Below, piece after piece: positions 27,971 through 38,709 of a stretch of 64,000 nt of DNA. Every line of letters starts with the position of its first letter. Position 1 is the stretch's first letter. A program made the translations under genes and the position numbers. Origin of the DNA: Alphaproteobacteria bacterium (GTDB lineage: Bacteria; Pseudomonadota; Alphaproteobacteria; SHVV01). Location of the stretch: positions 4,064,001 through 4,128,000 of the forward strand of contig OZ253470.1 in assembly GCA_965261735.1 (NCBI GenBank), written 5' to 3'. The notes below the pieces were generated by a model, which worked only from the letters and a program-made list of their open reading frames with translations, made no database searches and had not been told where the DNA came from.

Positions 27971-27991
27971 CCGAGCGCACACCTCGCTCGG
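27971..27991 (+). terminator. Hairpin after the FAH gene
   Basis: CCGAGCG-N7-CGCTCGG; no U-tract. Confidence 0.35.
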
Positions 27992-28004
27992 TCACGGGCC
28001 GGGA

Positions 28005-28018
28005 TTGACCAGGGTTAA
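28005..28018 (+). promoter_or_regulatory. FixK/FNR-like box
   Basis: TTGAC-CAGG-GTTAA, one mismatch to TTGAC-N4-GTCAA, 55 nt upstream of the HPF-CSD gene. Confidence 0.5.
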
Positions 28019-28073
28019 GGCGTGGACTCGCTGCACCTGCTTCTTGGGGCTCAGCATGACGTGAGGACCAGCG

Positions 28074-28631
28074 ATGCAAATGCCGCTTGAAATCAGTTAC
28101 CACAATATGGATCGCTCAGACGCGGTCGACGCGCGGGTGCGGCAGCGAGCGGACAAGCTCGAGCAGTTCCACCGCGGCATCACGAGCTGCCACGTCGCGG
28201 TCACTGCGCCGCACCACACCCATCGCAAGGGCAACGCCCACCATGTCCGCATCGTCGTGCGGGTGCCGGGCAGCGAAATCGCCGTGAGTCGGGACCCCGG
28301 CGATCCCCATGCCCACGAAGATGTTAACGTCGCCGTTCGCGATGCCTTCGACGCCATGGAGCGTCGTCTCGAGGAACATGCGCGTAAGCGACGCGGCGAG
28401 GGCAAACACCACGAGCTCGTGCTCGAGGGCGAGGTGGTCGGCTATTTCGCCGACGAGGGCTACGGCTTCATCGCGACCAACGATGGCCGCGAGGTCTATT
28501 TCAGCCGGAATGCCGTCGACGGCGACGCTTTCGACGATCTCGACGTGGGCCACCGGGTTCGCCTCATGGCGATCGATGAAGACGCCCAAAAGGGCCCCAC
28601 GGCCAAGACGGTGCTGCCCGTCACCGACTAG
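28074..28631 (+). CDS. HPF/RaiA-like domain fused to a cold-shock domain
   Basis: PLEISYHNMDRSDAV..VAVRDAFDA plus GYGFIAT..EVYF. Confidence 0.9.
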   Translation: MQMPLEISYHNMDRSDAVDARVRQRADKLEQFHRGITSCHVAVTAPHHTHRKGNAHHVRIVVRVPGSEIAVSRDPGDPHAHEDVNVAVRDAFDAMERRLEEHARKRRGEGKHHELVLEGEVVGYFADEGYGFIATNDGREVYFSRNAVDGDAFDDLDVGHRVRLMAIDEDAQKGPTAKTVLPVTD

Positions 28632-28664
28632 CGGAGGACGGCGCGCCGGACTTGACGGCCGCGG

Positions 28665-28809
28665 GCGCTGTCGGGATGGGCGCGGCGGCTCCGCTCGTGG
28701 GTCGGGGTGGGCCACGACGCCGACGCCTATTTCGGCAACGACGGGGCCGGGTCACGCGGTCAAGAACGCCCTTGCACTCTCGCGAATGGTGGAGCGGGCG
28801 CGCTCCTGA
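28665..28809 (+). pseudogene. 3' remnant of a second DUF72-family gene
   Basis: ALSGWARRLRSW..HDADAYFGNDGA, a frameshift, then GHAVKNALAL; resembles the DUF72 C-terminal YF.ND..GHA..NA motif. Confidence 0.6.
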
Positions 28810-28908
28810 AAGAACCTTGACTTTGCAGCGCAAACCCGGCAATCCACAGCCGATGAAATCCTTTGAACGGGCCGCGGCGGCGGTCTGAGCATTCTTGTCG
28901 GTGGTCGT

Positions 28909-30498
28909 GTGAGTTCCGGCGAGGGTAGCGGCAGGGCTTCGCGCGTCGCCGTCATCGGCTGTGGCGCGTGGGGGCAAAACCTCGTTCGCAATTTCAGTGC
29001 GCTCGACGCGTTGGCGGCCATCAACGATCGCGACGCGGCGGCGGCCTTGCGCCTGGGCGAGCAATTCGGCGTTGCCGTCCGGTCCCTGCCCGAGATCCTG
29101 GCTGACGACGCGATTGCTGGCGTCGTCGTCGCCGCACCGGCGGCGAACCACGCGATGCTGGTGGGCGAGGCCCTGGCCGCGGGTAAACACGTCTTCGTTG
29201 AAAAGCCGCTCGCACTTACGACCACAGATGGCGAAGACCTGTGCGCGCGTGCCGAGGCGGCCGGTCGCGTCCTCATGGTCGGCCACCTCCTCCAGTATCA
29301 CCCCGCGTTCCTGCGGCTGAAGGCACTGGTCAGCGAAGGGGCGCTCGGCCGGCTGCAGTACATCTACTCGCACCGCCTCAACCTCGGCAAGATGCGACGC
29401 GAGGAGAACATCCTGTGGAGCTTCGCGCCCCACGACATATCGATGATCCTGTCGCTCGTCGGGGCCGAGCCCGAGACGGTCACGGCCACCGGAAGCTGCT
29501 ACCTCCACAAGACCATTGCCGACGTGACGACGACCCACCTGTCGTTTCCCGGCGGTGAGAGCGCGCACGTGTTCGTCTCCTGGCTGCACCCGTTCAAGGA
29601 GCAGATGCTGGTGGTCGTCGGTGATGGCGGCATGGCGGTCTTCGATGACCTCGAGCCGTGGGAGCGCAAGCTCGTCGTCTACCCTCACCGTGTCGAATGG
29701 AAGGACGGCGTCCCGGTGGCGGCCAAGGCGGACGGCAAGCCGGTGGCGCTCGAGGCCGGCGAGCCGCTCGAGCAAGAGTGCCGACACTTCCTCGCCTGCA
29801 TGGCGGGCGACGAGGTCTGTCGCACGGACGGCGCCGAGGCATTGCGCGTCCTGCGCGTTCTCGAGGCGGCGCAGGTATCGATGGCGTCACCCCCCCCGGC
29901 CTCGGCGGCGGCGGGGCGCCGCGGTGTCCTTATCCATGATACCGCGCGCGTCGACGAGCCCAGCTCGATCGGCGAGGCGACACGGATCTGGCATTTCAGT
30001 CACATCATCGAGGGGAGCCGCATCGGCGCCCGATGCCGCATCGGCCAAAACGTGATGATCGGGCCCGACGTCACCGTGGGCGACGACTGCGCTATCCAGA
30101 ACAATGTGAGCTTGTACAAGGGCGTTACCCTCGAGGACGGGGTGTTTTGCGGCCCCAGTGCGGTGTTTACCAACGTACTGACGCCGCGGGCCGAGATCGA
30201 TCGTAAGGACGAGTTCATGCCGACCGTGGTCCGCCGCGGCGCGACGATCGGGGCCAACGCCACGGTCGTCTGTGGGGTCGAGCTCGGCGCCTACTGCCTG
30301 ATCGCTGCCGGCGCCGTGGTCACCCGCGACGTGCCGCCATTCGCGCTCGTCGCCGGCGTACCGGCGCGGCGAATCGGCTGGGTGGGCCATGCCGGGGAGC
30401 GGCTCGATGCGGCCCTCGTGTGCCCGCGGTCGGGGCGGCGCTACGCGGAAACCGGCCCGGATCGGCTGGAAGAAGTGATCGAAAGCGCCGCGCAATGA
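28909..30498 (+). CDS. Fused Gfo/Idh/MocA dehydrogenase and hexapeptide N-acetyltransferase (WbpB-WbpD-like)
   Basis: [21 protein letters not shown]; C-terminal [29 protein letters not shown]. Confidence 0.9.
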   Translation: MSSGEGSGRASRVAVIGCGAWGQNLVRNFSALDALAAINDRDAAAALRLGEQFGVAVRSLPEILADDAIAGVVVAAPAANHAMLVGEALAAGKHVFVEKPLALTTTDGEDLCARAEAAGRVLMVGHLLQYHPAFLRLKALVSEGALGRLQYIYSHRLNLGKMRREENILWSFAPHDISMILSLVGAEPETVTATGSCYLHKTIADVTTTHLSFPGGESAHVFVSWLHPFKEQMLVVVGDGGMAVFDDLEPWERKLVVYPHRVEWKDGVPVAAKADGKPVALEAGEPLEQECRHFLACMAGDEVCRTDGAEALRVLRVLEAAQVSMASPPPASAAAGRRGVLIHDTARVDEPSSIGEATRIWHFSHIIEGSRIGARCRIGQNVMIGPDVTVGDDCAIQNNVSLYKGVTLEDGVFCGPSAVFTNVLTPRAEIDRKDEFMPTVVRRGATIGANATVVCGVELGAYCLIAAGAVVTRDVPPFALVAGVPARRIGWVGHAGERLDAALVCPRSGRRYAETGPDRLEEVIESAAQ

Positions 30499-31655
30499 CG
30501 CTCCCGGCCCAAGACGTGCCGCTCGTGGACGGGCAACCCGGGCCCATCGAGTTCGGTGGCCTCAAGCCACAGCGCGAACGGCTGCGCTCGCGGATCGATG
30601 CGGCCATTCAGCAGGTGCAGGCGCACGGCCGCTTTATCATGGGGCCTGAGGTTGCCGAGCTCGAGAGCCGGCTCGCGGCGCGCGTCGGGGTGGGGCACGC
30701 CGTGTCTTGCGCGAGCGGCACTGATGCCTTGCTGCTCGCGCTTCTCGCGGGCGGAATCGGCCCAGGCGATGCCGTGTTCGTTCCCGCCTTCACGTTCGTC
30801 GCGACCGCGGAGGTCGTGGCGCTCGTCGGCGCGACGCCCGTGTTCGTCGATGTGACCGCGGGTGATTTCCTAATCGGGGCGGAGAGCTTGGCCGCCGCCA
30901 TCGATCAGGCGAGGGCCAACGGCTTGCGCCCAGGCGCGGTGATCGCCGTGGACCTGTTCGGGCAGCCGGCCGACTATCAGGCGATCGCGCCTATAGCGGC
31001 GGCAGCGGATGCCTGGATACTGGCGGATGCGGCGCAAAGCCTCGGCGCGAGCCGCGACGGCCGGCCCGTGGGCGCACTGGCACCCATGACCGCGACGAGC
31101 TTTTTTCCGGCGAAGCCACTGGGCTGCTACGGCGATGGCGGCGCGCTGTTCACCGACGATGCGGAGACGGCGGCCACACTGAGATCGCTCCGCGTTCACG
31201 GCCAGGGCGAGCACAAATACGACGCCCGGCGCATCGGCATGAACGGTCGCCTGGACACGCTTCAGGCCGCCATATTACTTGCCAAGCTAACGGTCTTCGA
31301 CGATGAAATCGAGGCGCGGCGCCGGGTCGCGGCGCGCTACGATGAAGAGCTCGGCGGTCTCGTCGAGTGCCCGATCATCGCCCCGGGCGCCGACTCCGTG
31401 TGGGCGCAATATACAATTCGAGTGCCTGAGCGCGACCGCCTGGCCGCGCGACTCAAGGCCGAGGGCATCCCGACCGCCATCTACTACCCGAAAGCGCTAC
31501 ACCAACAGGCCGCATACCGGGACTGCCCGACGGCGCCGGGCGGCCTCCCGGTCAGCGAACGCCTCGCGACCGAGGTCCTGAGCCTGCCGCTCCATCCCTA
31601 CCTCGAGGCGCCGGCGCAGGCGCGCATCGTCGAGGCGGTGCGCGCTTCGCTGTAA
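30495..31655 (+). CDS. DegT/DnrJ aminotransferase (WbpE-like)
   Basis: [25 protein letters not shown]; ATGA overlap with the upstream gene. Confidence 0.93.
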   Translation: MTLPAQDVPLVDGQPGPIEFGGLKPQRERLRSRIDAAIQQVQAHGRFIMGPEVAELESRLAARVGVGHAVSCASGTDALLLALLAGGIGPGDAVFVPAFTFVATAEVVALVGATPVFVDVTAGDFLIGAESLAAAIDQARANGLRPGAVIAVDLFGQPADYQAIAPIAAAADAWILADAAQSLGASRDGRPVGALAPMTATSFFPAKPLGCYGDGGALFTDDAETAATLRSLRVHGQGEHKYDARRIGMNGRLDTLQAAILLAKLTVFDDEIEARRRVAARYDEELGGLVECPIIAPGADSVWAQYTIRVPERDRLAARLKAEGIPTAIYYPKALHQQAAYRDCPTAPGGLPVSERLATEVLSLPLHPYLEAPAQARIVEAVRASL

Positions 31656-31676
31656 GCAGCCGCGCACCCGGACAGG

Positions 31677-32666
31677 ATGGACATTCGCGGCAAGCGGTTC
31701 GTAGTGATCGGCGGGGCCGGACTCATCGGCTCGCATACCGTCGACCAATTGACACGCGAGGACGTGGGCGAAATCGTGATCTACGACAACTTCACGCGGG
31801 GCGATCACGACAATATCGAGCAAGCGCTGCGCGACCCCCGGGTTTCGGTCTATCCGGTCGGTGGCGACATATGCCAGACCGACATCCTCAACGCCGCGCT
31901 CAAGGGCGCAGACGGCGTCTTCCACTTCGCGGCATTATGGCTGCTGCAGTGCCAGGATTTCCCGCGCGCGGCCTTCGACGTCAACGTCCGCGGCACCTAC
32001 AACGTGCTCGAGGCGTGCGTCGCGCAGGGTGTGCAGCGCCTAATCTACTCCTCGTCGGCCTCGGTCTACGGCGATGCGGTCGAGGAGCCGATGACCGAGG
32101 ACCACCCCTTCACCAACACCAATTTTTATGGGGCCACCAAGATCGCCGGTGAGGCGATGGCGCGCGCCACCCATCACCGCTACGGCCTGCCCTATGTGGG
32201 CTTGCGCTACATGAACGTCTACGGGCCGCGCCAGGATTATCGCGGGGCCTACATCACCGTGATCATGAAGATGCTCGATTCCGTCGACCGCGACGAGCCG
32301 CTCGTCGTCTATGGCGACGGCCGCCAGGCCTACGACTTCGTAGCGGTGGGCGATTGCGCGGCGGCCAACCTGTGCGCCATGAAAGCCGAGGTCAACGACC
32401 GCTTCTACAACGTCGGCACCGGAAAGCGTACGTCGATCCGCGAAATCGCCGACCTGATCGTGGGCCTCACGGGCGGTAATCGCGGCATCGTCTACGAGCC
32501 GGCAGGGCCGACGTTCGTGAAGAACCGGGTCGGAAGCACCGCGCGGGCCGAGGCGGAGATCGATTTCTCCGCGACGGTCGACCTCGTGCAGGGCTTGCAG
32601 GACCTCATCGACTGGCGAGGCGCGCACAAGGGGGAGCTCGCCCGTCGGCGGGCGGCGGCATCGTAG
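31677..32666 (+). CDS. NAD-dependent epimerase/dehydratase
   Basis: GGAGLIG, SSSASVYG, YGATK. Confidence 0.94.
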   Translation: MDIRGKRFVVIGGAGLIGSHTVDQLTREDVGEIVIYDNFTRGDHDNIEQALRDPRVSVYPVGGDICQTDILNAALKGADGVFHFAALWLLQCQDFPRAAFDVNVRGTYNVLEACVAQGVQRLIYSSSASVYGDAVEEPMTEDHPFTNTNFYGATKIAGEAMARATHHRYGLPYVGLRYMNVYGPRQDYRGAYITVIMKMLDSVDRDEPLVVYGDGRQAYDFVAVGDCAAANLCAMKAEVNDRFYNVGTGKRTSIREIADLIVGLTGGNRGIVYEPAGPTFVKNRVGSTARAEAEIDFSATVDLVQGLQDLIDWRGAHKGELARRRAAAS

Positions 32667-32668
32667 GC

Positions 32669-33811
32669 GCTGAGCGTACCATCGCCATCGCGGCGCCCAG
32701 CGTCGGTGACGAAGAGTGGCATGCGGTCCGCGAACCCCTCGCGTCGGGCTGGCTCACGCAGGGACCCAAGGTGGCGGCCTTCGAGGAAGCCTTTGCCGCG
32801 CGCCACGGCGTTGCCCATGCGCTCGCCGTCACCTCCTGTACGGCCGGGCTCCACCTCGGGCTCGCCGCCCTCGGCGTCGGCCCGGGCGACGAGGTGATCG
32901 TGCCCGCGTTCACTTGGGTGGCGACCGCCAACGCCGTTCTCTACTGCGGCGCGACGCCTGTGTTCGCCGACGTCGACCGCACGACCTTCAACATCGAGGC
33001 CTCGGCCGTTGCGGGCACGGTGAGCCCGCGCACCCGGGCGATCGTTCCGGTCCATCTCTTCGGGCTCTGCGCCGACATCGACGCCATCCGCGCTGCGCTG
33101 CCCGATGGGGTCGCTATCGTCGAGGACGCGGCCTGTGCCGCCGGCGCGCGCGCGGGCCAGGCGGCGGCCGGGAGCCTCGGCGCCGCCGCCGCATTCTCGT
33201 TTCACCCGCGCAAATCGATCACCACCGGCGAGGGCGGCATGGTGACGACGAACGACGCTGACGTCGCGGCGCGGGTGCGCCGCCTGCGTGACCACGGGAC
33301 ATCGATCTCCGACGCCGCGCGCCACGAAGGACCTCGACCCTACCTCATGCCCGATGTCGACGAGCTCGGCTTCAACTACCGCATGACGGATGTGCAGGCG
33401 GCGATCGGGCTCGTCCAGCTCGGCAAGCTCGACCGCTTCATCGCCGAGCGCCAGCGCTGGGCCGAGTTCTATGAGGCCGAGCTAGCGGGTGTCGAATGGC
33501 TGCGCACGCCGCAGCCCCCAGCCGACGGCCAGCACGCCTGGCAGGCTTATGTGACCTACGTCGATCCGGCTACAGCGCCGCTGGCGCGCAACGAGGTCAT
33601 GGACCGCCTACAGGCCCGCGGCATCGCCACCCGGCCGGGCACCCACGCGGTTCACATGCTGGGCTATTATCGCGACCGGTTCGGACTCGCGTCCCAGGCC
33701 TATCCGGCGGCCCGCGACTGCGAGCACAATTCGATGGCCATTCCGCTCCACAATCGCATGAGCGCCGAGGACTACGCTTATGTCGTCGACTGCATCAGAC
33801 AAATCGCCTGA
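32669..33811 (+). CDS. DegT/perosamine-synthase-like aminotransferase (start codon unclear)
   Basis: SGWLTQGPKV, SFHPRKSITTGEGG, GFNYRMTD; homology extends about 34 codons upstream of the first GTG (32771). Confidence 0.85.
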   Translation, partial: AERTIAIAAPSVGDEEWHAVREPLASGWLTQGPKVAAFEEAFAARHGVAHALAVTSCTAGLHLGLAALGVGPGDEVIVPAFTWVATANAVLYCGATPVFADVDRTTFNIEASAVAGTVSPRTRAIVPVHLFGLCADIDAIRAALPDGVAIVEDAACAAGARAGQAAAGSLGAAAAFSFHPRKSITTGEGGMVTTNDADVAARVRRLRDHGTSISDAARHEGPRPYLMPDVDELGFNYRMTDVQAAIGLVQLGKLDRFIAERQRWAEFYEAELAGVEWLRTPQPPADGQHAWQAYVTYVDPATAPLARNEVMDRLQARGIATRPGTHAVHMLGYYRDRFGLASQAYPAARDCEHNSMAIPLHNRMSAEDYAYVVDCIRQIA

Positions 33812-34832
33812 GCGCGGCATCGCGGGTACGCCGCCCTGGTTGGCGACGTTGCTCGGGATCGACGCACCCACGGAGGACGAGACGGTAAGCCTTGCCGGAC
33901 GCGCGTTCGTCCAGCGCGACGGTATGTTGCGCAGCTGCGAACTGGCGTCGTCGACCCAGCAGCAGACGGCCGATGCCTTCGCCATGAAGTGGCACCGGCG
34001 CGACACCTTCGAGTCGGCGGCCTCGCTCGCGCGGGCGCGCGCGTGGCTGGTGGCACGCTACGGCGACATGGGCGAGGCTGTGTGACTCCGTGAGCCCGGC
34101 GAGCCGCCCCTGCTACTCGACGCCGGCTGTGGCGCCGCCATGTCCGCGATCGAGCTGTTCGGCGACCTGCTCCAACGGGTTCGCTACCTGGGTGTCGACA
34201 TCTCCGGCGCGGTCGACGTGGCCCGCACGCGCGTCGGCGAGCGCGTGAACGACGCCGCCTTCATGCAGGCGGACATCGCCAACTTGCCGCTGCCCGAACA
34301 ATCCGTGGACGTTATTTTCTCCGAGGGCGTCCTTCATCACGCCGATTCGCCGGCCGACGCCTTTGCGGCCCTGGCGCGGCTGCTCAAGCCCGGCGGGCGC
34401 TTCATGCTTTACGTCTATCGGCGCAAGGGCCCGATCCGCGAGTTCAGCGACGACTATGTTCGTGAGCGGCTCCAAGGCATGACCCCCGAGGAGGCGTGGC
34501 AGGCCCTCATGCCCCTGTCGCGGCTGGGCCAGGCGCTCGGCGACCTCGATGTCGATGTCGTGGTCCCGGAGGCGATCGATCTGCTCGGTATCCCGGCCGG
34601 CAGGACAAGCGTACAGCGCCTCTTTTATTGGCATGTTTTCAAGGCCTTTCACGATCCCGCTCTGACGTTGGACGAACTCAACCACATCAACTACGACTGG
34701 TACGCGCCGAAGAACGCACACCGCCAGACCCCCGAACAGGTGCGCGCGTGGTGCGCGGACTCGAACCTGGAGGTCGAGCGCGAGGTCGTCGAGAGCGCCG
34801 GCATCACCATCATCGCCTGCAAGCGCGCCTGA
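33780..34832 (+). pseudogene. Class I SAM methyltransferase interrupted by an in-frame TGA at 34083-34085
   Basis: ORFs 33780-34085 and 34140-34832 share one frame; LLDAGCG lies just after the stop; FSEGVLHH, DWYAP. Confidence 0.8.
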
Positions 34833-34837
34833 GCCGG

Positions 34838-36730
34838 ATGTGCGGCGTCGCCGGCTTGCTCAACCTCGACGGCGCGCCGGCTGCGCCGGTGATCGTGCGA
34901 CGCATGACCGCGGCTCTCGCGCATCGCGGCCCGGACGGCGAGGGGTTTTACACCGAGGGTTCGTTCGGCCTCGGCCACAGGCGCCTTGCGATCATCGATC
35001 TTACGGCCGCCGGCCACCAGCCGATGCAGACGCCGGACGGCCGTTACGTCCTCAGCTACAACGGTGAGGTCTACAATTTTCAGGGCCTGCGACTGGAGCT
35101 GGAGGCGCGCGGCCACACCTTCCGCTCGCGCACCGACGCCGAGGTCGTGCTTCACGCCCTCGCCGAGTGGGGCCAGGCGGCGCTCGCGCGCTTCAACGGC
35201 ATGTTCGCGTTCGCGCTATGGGACAACGAGACGCGCGAACTCCTGCTCGCGCGCGACCGCTATGGGATCAAGCCGTTGTACTACAGTCAGGTCGGTGCGG
35301 CGTTTCTGTTCGCCTCCGAGATCAAGGCCATGCTCGCCCACCCCGCGTTTGCGCCAGCGATCGATCCGAAGGCGTTGCTCGAATACTTCACCTTCCAGAA
35401 CTTCTTCGACGACCGCACCCTCTTCGACGGCGTGCGCCTGCTGCCGGCCGGATGCCTACTCAGGCTTCGCGCCGGTGCCGAGCCGCGCATCGAGCGCCAC
35501 TGGGATTTCGACTTCGCCGAGCCCGAAAACGCGGCCGCGACGGCCGACTACGATGACGAACTCGATCACTTGTTCCGGCAAGCCGTGGCCCGGCAGCTGA
35601 TTAGCGACGTGCCCGTGAGCAGCTATCTCTCGGGCGGCATGGATTCGGGCTCGATCACGGCCCACGCCGCAGAGGCGATCCCCTATCTCCGGACCTTCAC
35701 GGTCGGCTTCGATCTACACTCGGCCTCGGGCCTGGAGCTCGCGTTCGACGAGCGCGCCCGCGCCGAGCACATGTCGTATCTGTTCAAGACCGAGCACTAC
35801 GAGATGGTTCTCAAGGCCGGCGACATGGAGCGGGCCATGCCCAAGCTCGTGTGGCACCTCGAGGAGCCGCGGGTCGGCCAGAGCTATCCCAATTTCTACG
35901 CCGCGCAGCTCGCCGGCCGCTTCGGCAAGGTGGTCCTCGCCGGTACTGGCGGCGACGAGCTGTTTGGCGGCTATCCGTGGCGCTACTATCGCGCCGTCGT
36001 CAACGACGATTTCGAGAACTATGTCGACAAGTACTACGCCTTCTGGCAGCGCCTCATCGCCAACAGCACCGTCAGCCAAGTGTTTCAGCCGATCCGCGAC
36101 GAGGTTGCGGACGTATGGACGCGGGACATCTTCCGCGACGTCTTTTCGCACCACCACGCGGCGCTGACCAGGCCCGAGGACTACATCAACCATTCGCTCT
36201 ATTTCGAGGCCAAGACGTTCCTGCATGGCCTGCTAGTGGTCGAGGACAAGCTCTCGATGGCGCATGGGCTGGAAACGCGGGTGCCCTTCCTCGACAATGA
36301 TCTCGTTGACTTCGCCCAGCGCGTCCCGGTGGGCCTGAAGCTCGGCAATCTCGGCGAGGTGGTGCGGCTCAACGAGAACGAACCTGGCCACAAGACGCGC
36401 AAGTTCTTCGAGCGCACGCGCGACGGCAAGTTGATCCTGCGCCGCGCCATGGCGCGCAACATCCCCGAGGAGGTGACGCAGCGAGAAAAGCAGGGCTTCT
36501 CCGCGCCCGATGCCTCATGGTTTCGCGGCGAGAGCATCGACTACGTCCGTGCGATGCTGTTCGACGACCGCGCGATGCTGTTCGATTTCCTCGACCGCAA
36601 GACCGTACGCGCGCTGGTCGAGGACCATCTGAGCGGACGCGAGAACCGGCGCCTGTTCCTGTGGTCGCTGCTCTATCTCGAGGTGTGGTGCCGGACGTTC
36701 CTCGCCGGCCAGGGGAGGGACGTGGCATGA
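34838..36730 (+). CDS. asnB: Asparagine synthase-type glutamine amidotransferase (glycan amidation)
   Basis: MCGVAG, HRGPD, GHRRLAIIDL, SGGMDS, GGDELFGGY. Confidence 0.93.
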   Translation: MCGVAGLLNLDGAPAAPVIVRRMTAALAHRGPDGEGFYTEGSFGLGHRRLAIIDLTAAGHQPMQTPDGRYVLSYNGEVYNFQGLRLELEARGHTFRSRTDAEVVLHALAEWGQAALARFNGMFAFALWDNETRELLLARDRYGIKPLYYSQVGAAFLFASEIKAMLAHPAFAPAIDPKALLEYFTFQNFFDDRTLFDGVRLLPAGCLLRLRAGAEPRIERHWDFDFAEPENAAATADYDDELDHLFRQAVARQLISDVPVSSYLSGGMDSGSITAHAAEAIPYLRTFTVGFDLHSASGLELAFDERARAEHMSYLFKTEHYEMVLKAGDMERAMPKLVWHLEEPRVGQSYPNFYAAQLAGRFGKVVLAGTGGDELFGGYPWRYYRAVVNDDFENYVDKYYAFWQRLIANSTVSQVFQPIRDEVADVWTRDIFRDVFSHHHAALTRPEDYINHSLYFEAKTFLHGLLVVEDKLSMAHGLETRVPFLDNDLVDFAQRVPVGLKLGNLGEVVRLNENEPGHKTRKFFERTRDGKLILRRAMARNIPEEVTQREKQGFSAPDASWFRGESIDYVRAMLFDDRAMLFDFLDRKTVRALVEDHLSGRENRRLFLWSLLYLEVWCRTFLAGQGRDVA

Positions 36731-37284
36731 CCGTGGACGAGCTGGCCGATTTGCTGCGCGCCCTGCACGCGCGCCAGGATGGCTTGAACGCCAAGCGCTT
36801 CGACCGCCACCTGCCCTTCGCCGACGGCCTCTTCGACCGCTGGGAGCGGGCGCGCGCCCTCGGCTTTGGCGAGGACGCCAGCATCTACGACAGCAGCCTC
36901 GTGTATGGCTCGGTCAGCGTCGGGGAGGGGACCTGGATTGGGCCGTATACCCTGCTCGACGGGAGCGGCGGCGGCCTCGCCATCGGCGCCTTCTGCTCGA
37001 TCTCCGCCGGCGTTCAGATCTACACCCATGACACCGTCAGACGGGCGCTTTCGGGCGGGCGCGAAGAGCGCCGCGCGGCCCCCGTTCAGGTCGGTGACTG
37101 TACCTATATCGGCAGCCAATCGATCGTTGGTGCCGGCAGCGACATCGGGGATCATTGCGTGGTTGCCGCGAACAGCTTCGTCAATGGCCCGGTTTCGCCG
37201 TCGACGATCGTCGGTGGCTCGCCGGCCCGCCCCTTGGGCCGGGTCATGATCGACGGCGAACGGATCGAGCTGGTATATGACTGA
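36727..37284 (+). CDS. Hexapeptide-repeat acyltransferase
   Basis: LDGSGGGLAIG..SISAGVQIYTH; GSPAR. Confidence 0.88.
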   Translation: MTVDELADLLRALHARQDGLNAKRFDRHLPFADGLFDRWERARALGFGEDASIYDSSLVYGSVSVGEGTWIGPYTLLDGSGGGLAIGAFCSISAGVQIYTHDTVRRALSGGREERRAAPVQVGDCTYIGSQSIVGAGSDIGDHCVVAANSFVNGPVSPSTIVGGSPARPLGRVMIDGERIELVYD

Positions 37285-38707
37285 AGCCGTCAGGAACCTG
37301 CGGCGGGGGACACGCGCGCGCATGGCTTCAACAAATACCGCGCAAACCGCCAGTCGCGCCTTTCAAATAGTTTGTAAGATTGTCGACATTGTTGCGTCCC
37401 TGCTGCTCGGCATTCTGTTCATGATCGTCTACGCGGTGCTGTTCGTGACGGTGCGGCAGCGCAACGCGTCGCCGAAGCAGACTCTCGTGTGCCTGACCTG
37501 CATCGATGCCGCCACCTTCATCTCGAGAAGCTCTCGCGACTACGCCAATTCCTACTATCGCAAGCCACTCACCGACTACAGCGTCGGCCTCTTCGTGGGC
37601 GCCGAGAGGAGCCGCGTAGTGCGGCTGAACCGGCGCGTCGTCGGCTTGGACATCAGGGGGTTGCCGACGGGGAACCTCGCGCGGTATCTGCCCTTCTTCA
37701 ACAAGCTCCTGAGGGAGATGGTGGCCCTGCCGATCGCGCTGCGCATGCTGCGGCGCCTTCGCCCTGCGATCCTCGAGATCATCGTGCCTGGCCCCGACGC
37801 GTTTCGCGGTCTCCTGCTGCGCGGGCTCTTCCGCGCGAAGCTAATGGCGCGCGCGCAGGGCAATCTCGATATCATCAACTTCCTGCGCGGGCACGCGAGC
37901 ATCGTGCGCTCCAGCAACAGGCTGATCCGGGTTCCGGCGGTCGTCCTCGACAAGATCTTCTATCAGCTCTTCTATCGCGTCTGCGATCTGGTCGTGGGCT
38001 ACAACGCCAACAACCTGGAAAACGCGATCGCCAATGGCGCGCACCCCCGCAAGTCGCGGCTGACGAGAATCAAGATCGACCCCAAGGTCCTCAGCGCGGC
38101 ACCTATTGCGCGCGCCAAACTGGCCGACTTTCCCGAGCAGGGTAGGGTTCTGCTGCTGTGGTCCCGGCTGAGCTCCGAAAAGGGGCTCGTGGAGGCGGTC
38201 GACGGTGTCGCCAAGGTTCTCGCCCGCAACCAGGACACGTCCATGGTGATCGTCGGCGACGGCCCCTTCAGGCCCGAGGTCGAGGCGGCGGTCCGGCGCA
38301 CCGGCCTCGAGGGCCGCTTCGTCGTGGCGGGCTGGCGCGACCACCGCTACATCGCCTCGGCGGCGCGGCATGCGGACGTCGCGATCATTCCTTATGGCGG
38401 GGCGGCGCTCGTCGAGGCGGCGATGCTCGAGCGGCCCATCGTCGCCTTCGACATCGAATGGCACCGCGAGCTGATCCGTCCGGGCGAGACCGGTTATCTG
38501 GCGGATTTCCCCGATTCCGAGCATCTCGCGGCCAAGATCGGCGAGGCCCTCGATGATCCGGCCGGCGCCCGGCGTCTCGCCCGCGCCTGCCGCAAGCTGG
38601 CGAAGCGGATGTTCGACGAGTCGGCGATCGTCGCCCACGAAACGCGTTTGATGGCACAGCTTCTGGAATTGCCGACGCCCGAAGGCCCGCCTGGCGGCGC
38701 CGCCTGA
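37277..38707 (+). CDS. Glycosyltransferase family 4-like, with an N-terminal TM segment
   Basis: RLSSEKG, IVGDGP, LVEAAMLERPIVA, GETGYL. Confidence 0.85.
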   Translation: MTEAVRNLRRGTRARMASTNTAQTASRAFQIVCKIVDIVASLLLGILFMIVYAVLFVTVRQRNASPKQTLVCLTCIDAATFISRSSRDYANSYYRKPLTDYSVGLFVGAERSRVVRLNRRVVGLDIRGLPTGNLARYLPFFNKLLREMVALPIALRMLRRLRPAILEIIVPGPDAFRGLLLRGLFRAKLMARAQGNLDIINFLRGHASIVRSSNRLIRVPAVVLDKIFYQLFYRVCDLVVGYNANNLENAIANGAHPRKSRLTRIKIDPKVLSAAPIARAKLADFPEQGRVLLLWSRLSSEKGLVEAVDGVAKVLARNQDTSMVIVGDGPFRPEVEAAVRRTGLEGRFVVAGWRDHRYIASAARHADVAIIPYGGAALVEAAMLERPIVAFDIEWHRELIRPGETGYLADFPDSEHLAAKIGEALDDPAGARRLARACRKLAKRMFDESAIVAHETRLMAQLLELPTPEGPPGGAA

Positions 38708-38709
38708 CG

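Noticed and set aside
34083-34085. Selenocysteine or genetic-code reassignment of TGA
   Set aside because: TGA terminates many genes here, the context suggests Trp rather than Cys, and no SECIS could be supported
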